The notes beneath the pieces are model-generated. The model was not told the DNA's origin. It did not search any database and saw only the letters and a program-made list of their open reading frames with translations. Below, piece by piece: positions 20,483 through 32,400 of a stretch of 64,000 bases of DNA (the stretch's first letter is position 1; each line of letters begins with the position of its first letter). Both the position numbers and the translations under genes were made by a program. The DNA is from Diplonema japonicum. Lineage: Eukaryota > Protista > Euglenozoa: Diplonemea. The stretch spans positions 124,001-188,000 of the forward strand of contig OZ025651.1 in assembly GCA_964019335.1 (NCBI GenBank). Reading direction: 5' to 3'.

Positions 20483-22837
20483 TTAAATCGCAGGGAACCC
20501 AATACGCTCTTCATACTTAATAAAGGGCCTCTCGGGGAAGAACTTGCTCCCATCAGCGGCCATCTTCTTGAGGGTGGCGGACGGCTCGAAGGCATCGCCG
20601 TACTTAGCCTTCAACTTGTTCATGCGCTCCACAATAGAAGCAGCACCTTCGTGATCAGCATAGCTGCACAGACCACCACGGAAAGGCGCGAAACCAGTCC
20701 CGAAGATCATACCAAGGTCAACAGTAGAAGGCCCATCAACAAGCCCCTCCTCCATGATGAGACAAGCCTCGTTGACCATAAGAAGCACACACCGGTCAAC
20801 GACCTCGTCATAGCTGAACGACGGATCAGGGGAGAAGCCGATGGAGGCGATAATACCATCGTTGAAGCCGGTCTCCTTGCCCTTAGCGTCGTACTTGTAG
20901 AAACCCTTCTTGTTCTTCTTACCAAGGTACCCGTTCTTTTCCAGCTTTGCAACCGCACCGCCCTCTTCGTCCACAGCGAACCTCTTCGACTTCAGACCGT
21001 TCTCCAAAATCGGGCCAACGTGGGACGCAACGTCGAAACCAACCTCATCAAGAAGCCTGAAGGGTCCCATGGGCATGCCGAAGTCAACGATGATCTTGTC
21101 AACCTTTTTCGGGTCGGCGTTGTCCTTCAACATCCTCCCCGCCTCCGCCATGTACACACCGAGCACCCTGTTCACAAGGAACCCAGGGCCGTCCTTCACG
21201 ATGATCGGCTTCTTCCCCAGCTTCAGGGTCAGCTTGTAGATCATGGCAACGGTCTCCTTCGATGTCTTGTCGCCGGTGATGATCTCCACAAGCGGCATCT
21301 TAGCGACAGGGTTGAAGAAGTGCATCCCCACAATGGCCTCCGGGTACTTTGATTCGGCTTGCATCTCGTTGATGGAGAGCGATGATGTGTTGGTGGCGAA
21401 GATCCTCTTCCCGTCGAGGATGCCCTGGTCCTCCAGGTCCTTGATCATCTTCTTCTTAAGGTCCATCACCTCAACGGCGGCTTCGACGATGATGCTGCAT
21501 TCCTTCAGACCTTCTGCGCCGGTGCCTCCGGTCACGAGTGCTGTGCGCTGTGCGGCGACTTCTTTTGTCATCTTCTTGCGCTTTGCCTGTGTCGCGAACT
21601 CACCCTTCACGAACTCCAGACCCTTCTGCACGAACTCGTCCTTGATGTCCCTCAGGTACACTCCGAGCTTCTTCGCCGCGAACCAGTGCGCAATGCCACT
21701 GCCCATGACACCTGCGCCAATGACACCCACCTTGTCGAAGTCAGGGATGTCCTGCTTCTTCACTCCGATGGTGTTGTACAGCTTCTTCGATGCGTCGTCC
21801 AGGAAGTAGATCGACATCTGGTTTTTCGCCTCAGGTGTGAAGACGCACTCCGTGAAGATCTCCCTCTCCCTCTTCAGCGCCTTCTTTTCGGTGTTCTTAG
21901 CAGCGTACAGCACCGACTGCAGCGCCCTGTACTGCCCGAGGTACTTCCCCTTCGTCATCTTGTTCAAGGTCTTCAGGGACATCTGCTTCACAAGACGGTG
22001 GCCAACGAAGGTGTTGTTGACGATCTTGTCCATGGGCCAGGCCTTCACGGGGCGGCCCTTGTGGGGTTTGAGGGGTCTGTCGACCATCTTCCCTGCGTAG
22101 GATCGCACGCCGTTCAGGAACCTGTTCTCGCTGGGGAACCTGTCGACACCGGGGATCACGGCTTCGCAGAGCCCGGCCTTCTTGGCCTTGGAGGGCTTGA
22201 TCTGCGAGCCCTGGAGGATCATTTGAGTGGCAGTCTGGAGGCCAACGAGCTTCTGGAGGCGAACGGTACCGCCCATCCCGGGGATGACACCGAGAAGGGT
22301 CTCTGGAAGGCCTACCTTGCAGGACTCCGAGTCGGAGATAACCCTGTGGTGGCAGGCAAGGGCAAGCTCAAGACCACCACCAAGAGCCATACCGTTGATG
22401 GCAGCTATGACGGGTACCTTGAGACCCTTAATATGGTCGACAAGGGCCGCACCATCGTCAAGAATGGCGTCGAGCTTAGCTTCATCGCCCTTGACCATGG
22501 GGTACACAGTGGGGAGGTCGGCACCGACGCAGAAGGAGTCCTTGTTGGAGGTGAGGATGACAATCTTTGACTGGTTGCCGTTCACAAGGCTGTCGACGTG
22601 GGACATGGCCTTCTTGCAGCTCTCGATGTAGTCGTTGGAGAGGGAGTTGGCGCTGCCCTTCTGCGAGTCCATCACGATCCACGTGAAGATGTTGCTGTCG
22701 TTGATGACGGTGATCTCCCCGCAGTTGAACTCCTTCGTCAGCTTCGCCTTCCCGAGGAAGTCCTGCACCTTTCCGAACTTCATAGCCGTGCTTGAAAACT
22801 GCCGCCTCCGGGCGGCCTGCACTACACCGCGAAGCAT
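20483..22837 (-). CDS. HADHA: Mitochondrial trifunctional enzyme alpha subunit (enoyl-CoA hydratase / 3-hydroxyacyl-CoA dehydrogenase)
   Basis: Presequence MLRGVVQAARRRQFS. Crotonase motifs FCVGADL, AINGMALGGGLELALAC, GLPETLLGVIPG. HAD motifs GVIGAGVMGSGIA, EAAVE, ATNTSSL, GMHFFNP, PGFLVNR, PMGPF. Confidence 0.95.
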   Translation of the reverse strand: MLRGVVQAARRRQFSSTAMKFGKVQDFLGKAKLTKEFNCGEITVINDSNIFTWIVMDSQKGSANSLSNDYIESCKKAMSHVDSLVNGNQSKIVILTSNKDSFCVGADLPTVYPMVKGDEAKLDAILDDGAALVDHIKGLKVPVIAAINGMALGGGLELALACHHRVISDSESCKVGLPETLLGVIPGMGGTVRLQKLVGLQTATQMILQGSQIKPSKAKKAGLCEAVIPGVDRFPSENRFLNGVRSYAGKMVDRPLKPHKGRPVKAWPMDKIVNNTFVGHRLVKQMSLKTLNKMTKGKYLGQYRALQSVLYAAKNTEKKALKREREIFTECVFTPEAKNQMSIYFLDDASKKLYNTIGVKKQDIPDFDKVGVIGAGVMGSGIAHWFAAKKLGVYLRDIKDEFVQKGLEFVKGEFATQAKRKKMTKEVAAQRTALVTGGTGAEGLKECSIIVEAAVEVMDLKKKMIKDLEDQGILDGKRIFATNTSSLSINEMQAESKYPEAIVGMHFFNPVAKMPLVEIITGDKTSKETVAMIYKLTLKLGKKPIIVKDGPGFLVNRVLGVYMAEAGRMLKDNADPKKVDKIIVDFGMPMGPFRLLDEVGFDVASHVGPILENGLKSKRFAVDEEGGAVAKLEKNGYLGKKNKKGFYKYDAKGKETGFNDGIIASIGFSPDPSFSYDEVVDRCVLLMVNEACLIMEEGLVDGPSTVDLGMIFGTGFAPFRGGLCSYADHEGAASIVERMNKLKAKYGDAFEPSATLKKMAADGSKFFPERPFIKYEERIGFPAI

Positions 22838-23440
22838 TTCTTTCTTTTTTCTTTTTCCTGCGTAATTGAAAAGGAAAATCGACAACTGGTCTAACAAAAA
22901 AAAAACGTGCGCATAACGAGCGGGGGGGGGGGGTTGAAAAGAGGATGTTAATAAAAGGGGGGAAGGGGGAACGAAGAATGCAAGAAATATTTTCCTTTTG
23001 CTTTAAATATTCTTTTTTTCATTTCATTTTTCGTTTTTTTTTTTTTTTTTTTTTTTCGTTGGCAAAGTGAGAATAAATGTTTCTGTCCTTTTTTTTTTTT
23101 TTTAAATGTTGTTTGTTTGTTTTCTTCTCTTCTTTTCTTTTTTTTTTCTTTTATTTTCTCGACACCATTCATCTTGAAAGGGGGGGGGGGGGGAATACAA
23201 AACCCAATGGAAAAAAAAAAAAAAAACCGTGTTACATTGGAAACACTCTTAGAGCTGACGGCATCATCGGCTTTTCTTCTTTTTTATATTAGAGTGTCAG
23301 AACAACAAAATGAAACGGGGGAAGGGGAGGAGAGAGGGAAAAAAAAAAAAAAAAAATGCTTACACTTTTATTATTTCTTTTTCTTTTTCTCTTTCTCTTT
23401 TTTATATCGTTTACCCTTTTCCACCACACCACCCCCCTTT

Positions 23441-26400
23441 TCAATTCATCATATTGAGCTTACACGTCTCCAGTCTCATAAACACAGCAAGATCGAAGGA
23501 ATAGCCCTCCTTAGCACCCATACCAAAACCCCATCCTCCAGAAGCCTCTTGTTTCACTTGAACAGAGTACACCTCTTCGTTATAAGGAGGCATGATCTTG
23601 GTGGTACCCAAAACGCCATTTGAAGAAGACAGCAACTCAAGGCGAAGGGTGGGCAAGGTAGGGGTAGCCGTGACTAAGTTAACAGGCTGGGAGAAATGCG
23701 GCGCGCTTGCGGTGCGCAGCTTATCAACATGAGCCCTAGCACGTGCCTGCCAGGAGTAGGCGGTTGGGGACATTTCCATGGAATAGGTCAGCTTTCCTAC
23801 TTGGCTGGAAATAGACTCGTAATTCAATGAGATTTGTTCCCCAGACTCGTTCTTCAGTACTAGCCTGCACCCCATTGGGACATTGAGAGCCTTGCGGAGT
23901 CGCTTTCTTGCATCCTTCTCCAGCTCTCCTTTGACGAGCGCCCAGCCACCAAGTTTCTTCCCCTTCTTCCCTTCCTTTGGGAGGATGACCAGTTTTGTCT
24001 CCACACCTGAAGGCTTCCCATCCAAACTCGGCACCGCGAACAGTTCCAAGCCCTCCTTCACGAGTTCCTCTGACAGCTGCAGCGACGCGGCGATGTCCTT
24101 ATGGTTGCTCCCCTTCTCGTCCATTTTCACAATTGCGGATATGAAGTCTGCCAGCGGTGTGTCGCATGGTGTCTCCGGGTGTGCAGCAGGGGTGGTTACA
24201 ACCCCACACTTCTCCGTTGCGACAGAAGGTTCTTCGGCGGTGAATTGTAGTTTAAACGGCCCCCCCAGGTCCTGCTCGTCCAAGCTCGGTGCGTTTTCGA
24301 TGTGCGTTGGAGTGATGGTGATGAGATGAGAGGTGTGCTGGCCTTTGTTCTTCGTGGAAAGCCACTCGGGGAAAACATGGAGGAGGGATGGGTTGCCGTC
24401 ATCGCCGACGATCTCTGTCATCTTGTTGACAATCAACGGCCGTGTGACGGTGAGGTCCCCAGCGTGGAGGCCTGCCACGCATTTGGGGAACTCGCACGTG
24501 AAGGTCGAGAACGGCTTCGTGGTGTTGTCGATCTCGACGACGACACCTTCGTCACCCTCGTCGAGGACAGAGCCGTCTTCGAACTGCACGGAGCCGTTGT
24601 GCTTTCCCCCACCCTTGTACAGCACACGTGCGCCTTTGTAAGGATCCGTGTCGACGGAGAGATCTGTGTCCTTCTCGCAGAGCATCAACGCAAGGGCCAC
24701 ATGGTCCTTGTTGCGGTCGTCCGCATTCCAGATCTTTCTGCACAATGCCTCCACAGGGATCCCTCGGGAAATGAGTTCCGTTCCACCACCCAAGATGGTC
24801 TCCTTCTGTAAAATAGCTCCCAGCGAGTCGTCTGATTTGATGTCTGCATCGAAGACCTCCAAGTCCACCCACTGCCGCTTGTCGTGTACCAGCAGGTTGA
24901 ATGTCTCGAGCCATTCGGGGTTCAGCGAGGTTATTTGGGCCGTCGAGAAGATCTGCGACCCAAGCCTCACGTAGGTGTAGGCGTCGCTGTTGGCATCTTT
25001 CAGGTATCGAACAGCCATGTCACCCGCGAGGAGGTGCTTCGCACGCAGAATCGACAGTTTCAAAACCCCTTCAGGCTCCCTCACGGTCTTCTTCGTGCCC
25101 TGCGCGTTCCAGTACAGCGAGTTGGGGAGAACCACTTCCCTTGCAAGGATGGCATTGACAGCACCCACCGACAGGGAGCGCATCCCGGGGATCTCTTTGT
25201 TGCCTGCAACATCCAGTGACACATCGACGTGAGGCGGGTTGGGGAAGTATGCCTCGATGCTACCAATGAAGGGCAGCTCGGACGTGAGGTCATGCAGCTC
25301 AACGCAGAGAGTTGCCTTGAGCTTCAAGTCCTTCACCCTTACCTGCGAGGCGTAGCCTCCTACAGTCACCTCCAGCTCGAGGTCGATGTTGGAGTCGTAT
25401 GTTATGTTGTTAAACGAGATCGCGACACCTGTCTTGTTGTCCTTCTCCTTCTTCCACGCCTCGATCGACGTGAATGAAGGTTCCTTCGCACCAAGGTCAA
25501 CCTTCTTAACATCCACACCGAGACCCGTCCATGACTGTCCCGGCAGCGATGCCGCGCTTATCTTTAGCTGGTCGTTGACGTCCGTCCTAATCTTTCCCTC
25601 TAAGAAGGTTCTGAACATGGGCCAGATGCGGATGATGATCATGTTGACCCATTCCAAGGTCTCTGCGATGGACGTCCTGTCCGACTCACCGCGGAGCTTC
25701 CCGATCAAGATGTCATAGTCGCCCCATGTCAGCGAGCCGGCTTTCAGACACTCGGACAAGGCTTCTTCCTTTTCATTTGTGAGCTTTCCGCCAGCGTTTT
25801 GCTTGATCAGATCCTCATTCCCCTTCTGCTTTCGCTTGTCGCCCATTGCCTTGTGTCGCTTCGAGCGTGGGTTCCACGAAGCGGGAACGCCCTTCGCCAC
25901 CAGAGACGAGACTGTGGCGTGGCCATTCAGAAGCACCGTTCCTCGCGACGCAGGGAGGGGAATCTCAAACGGGCCTTCAGCATCTGGCTCGTCACCCAGC
26001 TTGTCGTCAGCTAATGTTATTTCGGAGCTGCCCATTACCTCATTACTGCTGTCGAGGAGCTCGAGTTTCAGCTTCGATCCCAGAGACTGCGTGTGCAGGT
26101 ACACCGTGTCGAGGAAGTAGGGATGTCCGCTAGCGTCTCTCTTTGTAAGGAAGGCCTGCGCAGTGTCGACCCACTCAGCCAGCGACTCGTCATCGATTGT
26201 AGTGGCAATCGTGGCCATTGACTGCCCGCAGTTGTTGTTGATAATAGTGATGGCGGCCTGGACAAGCGTCACGGGAACGCTTACTGTGTCCGATATGTAT
26301 GAGGCAGTCTTCCCGTCCTTCGAAAGGTGTGCGATCATCTTGAAGAGGCTTCGCGCGCTCTGGCCTTGTTGAAGCGGTGTCGACGGCTTGCTTGTCTTGA

Positions 26401-29400
26401 TGGTGTTCTTGTCAGTCTGTACCCTGATGCGGAACGGCCCTTCGTAATTAGTGGGCAGGCCTTCCAAATCCTTTAGAGTTACTGCTATCAGGGATTCACC
26501 GACTGATGCTTGGTTCTGGTCAACAGTGAGCCATTCTGCCTTGACGGTGATGGTTGAGACATCACCCTCTTCGCCCTGCACTGGTTGATTGTTCCTCTGC
26601 AGAGGAAGGTCCACAGTGCCGGCCTTGTTGTCTTTGTCCATGCAGCGCAGGATCAGTCTGTTGACGGGGAGCCCCACAACGCCGCCCAAGTGGTCGTCTG
26701 TCTTGCCTTCGTCCTCGTCGTAGACATCTAGACAAACCCACTGCTCAGGGGAGTACACCATGAAGTTGTGCGTATTACCGGATTCCCACACAGGCGAGAG
26801 AGTCTCTGATTTAGTCTCGGTCTGCCATTTCTGTGCACCAACAGAGACAGTGACGTACGGGTCTGAGGTGGGGTTGAATCCCTCGTCAGCAGCCTCCAAG
26901 TCATTGCCACGCACGATGGTCAAACGGAGCACGCCCTGCGGGATAGGCGACGCGAACGCTGTCTGCAGCTCCTGAGATTCGCCGAAGGGAACTGTAATGA
27001 AGTTGGGGACAACACAGTTTTCAGACAAGGTTTTCTCAACCGCTCGCTGTATGACCTGCTGTGCCCTGCGGTACGCAAGGCTTTTAGCCGTTGTGAACAT
27101 AAACTTTACAGTAGGTGCGTTCGCAAACGCGGCCTGCATGCCTCCGATGAATGGCACCCTGTTCAGGAACGGGCGCAGCCAGAAGTACATCGTCCCAACG
27201 AACTTTAACCTCTGCACTACAGCCTCTTCGTCGCCTACCTTGAACCTGATGTCAACGCTGGCAGTGTACGTCAGACCGAGACCGATCTCGATAGATTCCT
27301 TCTCCAAGAATTTCGCAGAGATGGGCCCGAATGCTGGAGAATGGTTCCCAAGGTCCATCTTCGTGATTTCAATGTTGCTGCTGACTTCCTCCAGGGCAGG
27401 GGCGCAGATTTCCCTGAGCTTGTCAGACAGCAAGGTCCTGAGATGCGGCCAGATGACCTCAACGGTAGTAGTGAACCACTGCATTGTCTCGGGTAAAGTG
27501 TATGCCCTTCCCGGGTTCGTTGGGTCATCGCCTGTGACTGCCTGGAGCCTACGCAGAGCTGTCACATGGTCCATCTTGTTTATAGCACCGAGTTCCAGAG
27601 CCTTCTGCAATGTTTCCATCTTGCCCTTCCTCTTTGCAGCCTTCTTCGCCTTTCGCTCTTGTTCCCTCTTCTTCCTCTCCGCCTCGGCTTTCTTCTTTCG
27701 GAGTTCTTCCTTCCGTCTTCTCTCTTCTTCTTCTTTACGTTTACGTTCTGCCTCTTCGCGTTTCTTTCGCTCAGCTTCTTCTTTCTTCTTGCGTTCTTCT
27801 TCTTCCTTTTTCTTCTTCTCGGCTTCCTTGCGCTTGCGCTCTTCCTCCTCTTTTTTTTTCTTTTCTTCCTCTTTTCTTTTCTTCTCTTCTTCTGCTTTCC
27901 TCTTCTTTTCTTCTGCCTCTTTCTTCAGTCTTTCTTCTTCACTTCGCTTTTTCGCTTCCTCGGCTTTCTGTTTTTGCTCTTCTTCTTCTTTGCGCTTGCG
28001 TTCCTGTTCTTCTTCGTTTTTGCGGGAGGCTGCAGCTTCCTCTGTTTTGCGTTGTTTTTCAGCTTCTTCTTGTCGCTGGCGCTCTTCTTCCTCGTCACGC
28101 TTTCGTTCTTCTTCTTCTCGGCGACGCTCTTCTTCCTCGCGCTGGCGTTCTTCTTCTTCTTGGCGTCGACGTTCCTCCTCTTCGGCGAGTCGAGCTGCTT
28201 CGGCCTCTTCTTCCTCCTGGCGTTGGCGTTCTTCTTCTTCCTCAGCCAGACGGGCAGCTTCTTCAGCCTCAGCCTCCTCCGCAGCAGCAGCGGCCTCGTC
28301 GTATTCTTCGATTTCGATCTCGTCGGCCATCTCAGCTTCCAGATCGTTCTCGAGGTCCGCCTGGAGATCAGCCTCAAGGTCTGCTTGGAGGTCAGCCTCA
28401 ATGTCTTCGAGCAGATCCGCCTCTAGGTCCTCCATGATGTCCTCGATGATCTGGTCGTGCATCTCGTCTAGCACCTCCTCATGCTCGCGTGCAATGGGCT
28501 TGGTGATTGTGATCTCAATGGTCGCATCGTCAACCCACACCGTCTCTTCCCCTGCGTCGAGGTCGATGTCCATCCGCTGCCACAGGATTCTCGGTGATGT
28601 CAGCTCCGCGATCTCTTCTTCCGTCAGCGCTGTGTACACAGGGTCAATGCTGTGCCCCATCATGTGCGGGAACCTCCCATGGTGCGGTTGCACTGTTCTG
28701 ATGTACGCCACACCTTCCATATGCGCAGGCCCGACAGCCCAGCGGCCTGCTTCGTCTGTGAAGATCCTCCATATCTCACCCTCTCCATAGGCCTCACGCT
28801 CCCAGTAGTGCATCCCACGACACTTTTTTATGTGCATTACATCAAACTCTCCCTCCACCTCCATCACCTCGTCACTGACGATGTAGAGCTTTTCAGGTGG
28901 GGGCGGGGGCGGCAGAGGCAACGGTGCGTTGCACAAGTTCTCTGGCTTCACCCTCCACTCCCCCCAGTGCGACCCAAAGTCAACTACTGCCCTGGCATTG
29001 TCCTGAGTCCACCCGATAATCTTGCCCTCCGGCTTAGGGCGGTCTCCTCGCTTCACAAGCTGGCCTTGTTTCTTGTTGGTCACTTTCCAGTTCAGCTCGA
29101 CTGCCTTCACAAGGTTCCTTGCACAAACATAAGCACCGATCTTCGGCTGGACACCGCTGGGGGTGTCTACGAACTCGGGGCCCTCGTAGACTGTCAGGCC
29201 AAGAACATCTTCTTCCTCGGTGAGATCCTTCTGGGAGAAAGTCTTCCCTTTGTAGGCTGTCAGGGTGATTCCGCAGCGAACGGCCGCACCGGGGGCAGTT
29301 TCGACTTCAAGCTGGATGGACTTGTTGACGGGGTTGCCGATGGAGACATCTTGCACGGCTGTCCCGATCACCTTCTTGGAACTGTTCAACAGCTCGATGG

Positions 29401-32400
29401 TCACAGGACACACGTAGCCGTTGCCCTTGAGGTCTGTCTCTCTCGTCGCAGAGAAGGGGACGTGCATCGCCTGGTTGAACTGAGGAACAGTGCCCCTTCT
29501 GTGAAGCGACCTTGCCGTCACGCACTCGGCATGCCATTTCTTCAGAGCCTCCAAATCAGCTTTCTTGAGCGAGTCTGGTGCAAGTTCAGACGTGGCCTGG
29601 ACAAGCTTCAGTGTGATATTCAAGGCCTTAGCGATTTTCTCAAGAGTCTGCCCGGAGGTCTTCAAACTCAGGACCGTTTTAGCGAGTTCTGAGGGGCTCG
29701 CTGAATTGTCCGGGGGTGCAGTGCCGGCGTTGGATGTGGCGGAAGACCCGCCAGCAGTGACCTTGATCGTGTACGGGGGTTTCAAGCCCGCGTTGAGGCC
29801 CATGGCTTCGTGGATGCAGACCGATGCGATGAAGTTGCTGTTGACGCCAGAGTCGTCGTCTGCTTCGCGCTCAGCCATCCACGATGCTTGAAGAACCACC
29901 ACAGACTCGATCTGGTCGTGGCCGACAACATTGCGCAGCTCGTATACGGTAGGGCCGTTGGGCTTGGTGCAAACCTCGTCCTTAAGCTGCTCTTGCAGAG
30001 GAAGGGCCACTGTGCCAAGGTTGCGAAGGCTCCTGACTGGGATCCCTCTGCGGATTTCATCGATACCACCACCTAGGACAGTTGTCTTTTGGTACAAAGC
30101 GCCCAGCGTGTCGTCCGACCCGATGATGTCAGCGTCGAACACCTCGATGTCGACTATCTGGTCCAGGTTGTACACCACAAAGTCCATGACAGAGTCCTCC
30201 TCGGCGGTCCACGTGGGGTTGAGGGACGTCACGGGTTTGGTCTGCTTCACAGTGTCGCCTACCTTGATGATGACGTACGAGTCAGAGTTGTCCGTGTCGC
30301 CTGCACGGAGGTGAAGGGCCTCCTTTGCGTCGATACGCAGTACACCAATAGGCTTCGGGTGGCGCAACTCTGCAATATCTAGCCCGCTCACCATCGGGTG
30401 CACGTAGTAGTTTGGGATTGCGCAGAACCCTGCGACGGACTGCCTCAGGGCCGCCTTCGTCATGCTGTCAATAGCTGGTATCTGTGCTTTCAAAGACTGC
30501 AGCATGCCACCTGCGTTCCCCGTCAGCTTAAGGTCGATGTCAGGCGGGTTTGGCATCACAATCTGCATGGCCCCGAACAACGGCAGCCCCGGTAGGAGCG
30601 GCTTCATGGCTACAAGGAAGTCACCCTTGAAAAGTAGGTCTTGAATGCCAATCGAGATGGTCTTCCCGAAGGTGATCTCCATCTGGATGTCGATTGTCGA
30701 CTCGAACGCAAACCCGTTGAACGCAAGCTCGCAGCCATCCTCCTGCCTCCTGCACTGGATGGTCCCAAACGCGGGTTCCTTGCGGCCCAGGTTAATCTTG
30801 TTGAACTTCACAGTCAGCCCAGGCACGTAGCCTTCGGCGGTTTTCTGGAGCTGAGGCTCAACTGTCTCCTTAATCATTTTAGAAGTGTACTTCATGACAC
30901 CAGGCCAGCAAGCGGAAACGATCATGTTGAGCCACTCAAGGGTTTCTGCTAGGGCAGGGGGATCAGGCTCACCTCGTAGCTGCGCCAGAACAGTGTCGTA
31001 GTCACCCCATGTGAGGGCGCCGGCTTGCAGGCACTGCAGCAGAGCTTCTTCTTTGTCGTCATTGACGCCTGAGCCCTCGACGATGTCCTTGCCGGAGGTG
31101 TAGAACTCGTCACGGCGTTTGAGCTCTTCTTCATGCGCTTGAGACTTGTCCCCACCAGGCCAGTCGGCCGCCATCCACATTTGGCCCTTGAAGCCGACAA
31201 TCAGGTACTTCGATGCAGGGTGGTCGTCTGCCTCGATGGAACTCTTCCACTCCGCCCAGTCCATAACGTATTGTTCAGACATCCACCACTCTGTGAACTC
31301 TTCTTTCGCTACCAGTGCATCAGCTTCTAAGTTCCAGTTAGCTGGCAGTTTATCCGTCACCTTGAGGTTCCTCACAGTGACATCACCAGAAACCTGGCAA
31401 ACCGTTGCCTCAGGCACGGCCTCTTTGATCTCTTCTGTGAACGTCAGACTCCACGGTCCATACGCGTCGGGTTCATCGCCTACCGCAGTGTCCGCAATCT
31501 TGATGGTCGTCCCAGCGACCTTCTTCCCCGTCTTGCTGCTGATCAGATCCAGTTCCACCTCCGCAGCCTCCTCGCAGCGCAAGTGCAACACTTGACAGTA
31601 GTACGGCCTCATCCCTGACAGCTTCAGCTTCTGCGTTGCGATTATCTTATTGCACCACGTGTACAGTATGTTATACGACTCGAAGTACGCGACCCTCCGC
31701 TTGTAGTCCTTGTTGCTGATAGTTTCTTCTTCCTTCTTGCTCGGTGAGGCCCATTTAGCAGTCTTGTCCTCCGGGAAGGCCTGCCAGTCCAGTAGGTAGT
31801 GCAGCGACATCCACCATTCTGTGCCTTCCTCAGTCTTCATCATTGTATGCTTTCCGTTCTCGTGTGCTAGCGCCTGCTTCACTAGGTCCAAGTCGCCAGG
31901 AAGGGTCAAACCATGGATCTTTGCGATAGTCAAAGGTGTCTTCCCACCGTGGGACCTCAGCAGTTTCAGGATTTCCATGGGGTCGGTAATTGCCCCTGGC
32001 TTGGCGACGCCAGGCTTTGTGGCGCGGCAGGCACTACCCGCGGAACCCTGGACCCTGAAAGGGGCGTGCTTCTGCAAACCCTCGGGGATGCCGTTCACCT
32101 CTGAGACCTGTATAGAGGCAAGGCACTCGTTCTCGGCGGTGTTACCAGGATCAATGCTCACCCACGCAGCTTGGACAGCTATGGAGGTGGGCTCTGACAT
32201 GCTGTTTGTGACAGGAAAATGCTGCTTCGTGATGGGTACGCTGATCCTCCCACGCTTCACCAGCCTGTTCACAGGAACGTTCAGAACGGTCCCGACCACA
32301 GAGTCGTCGCCCTTCCCGTCGCACAGCTCCAGCACCACCCACTGGTCCTTGTTGTACACAATGAAGTCGTATGTAGCGGTATCCTTGCTCCACCGCGGGA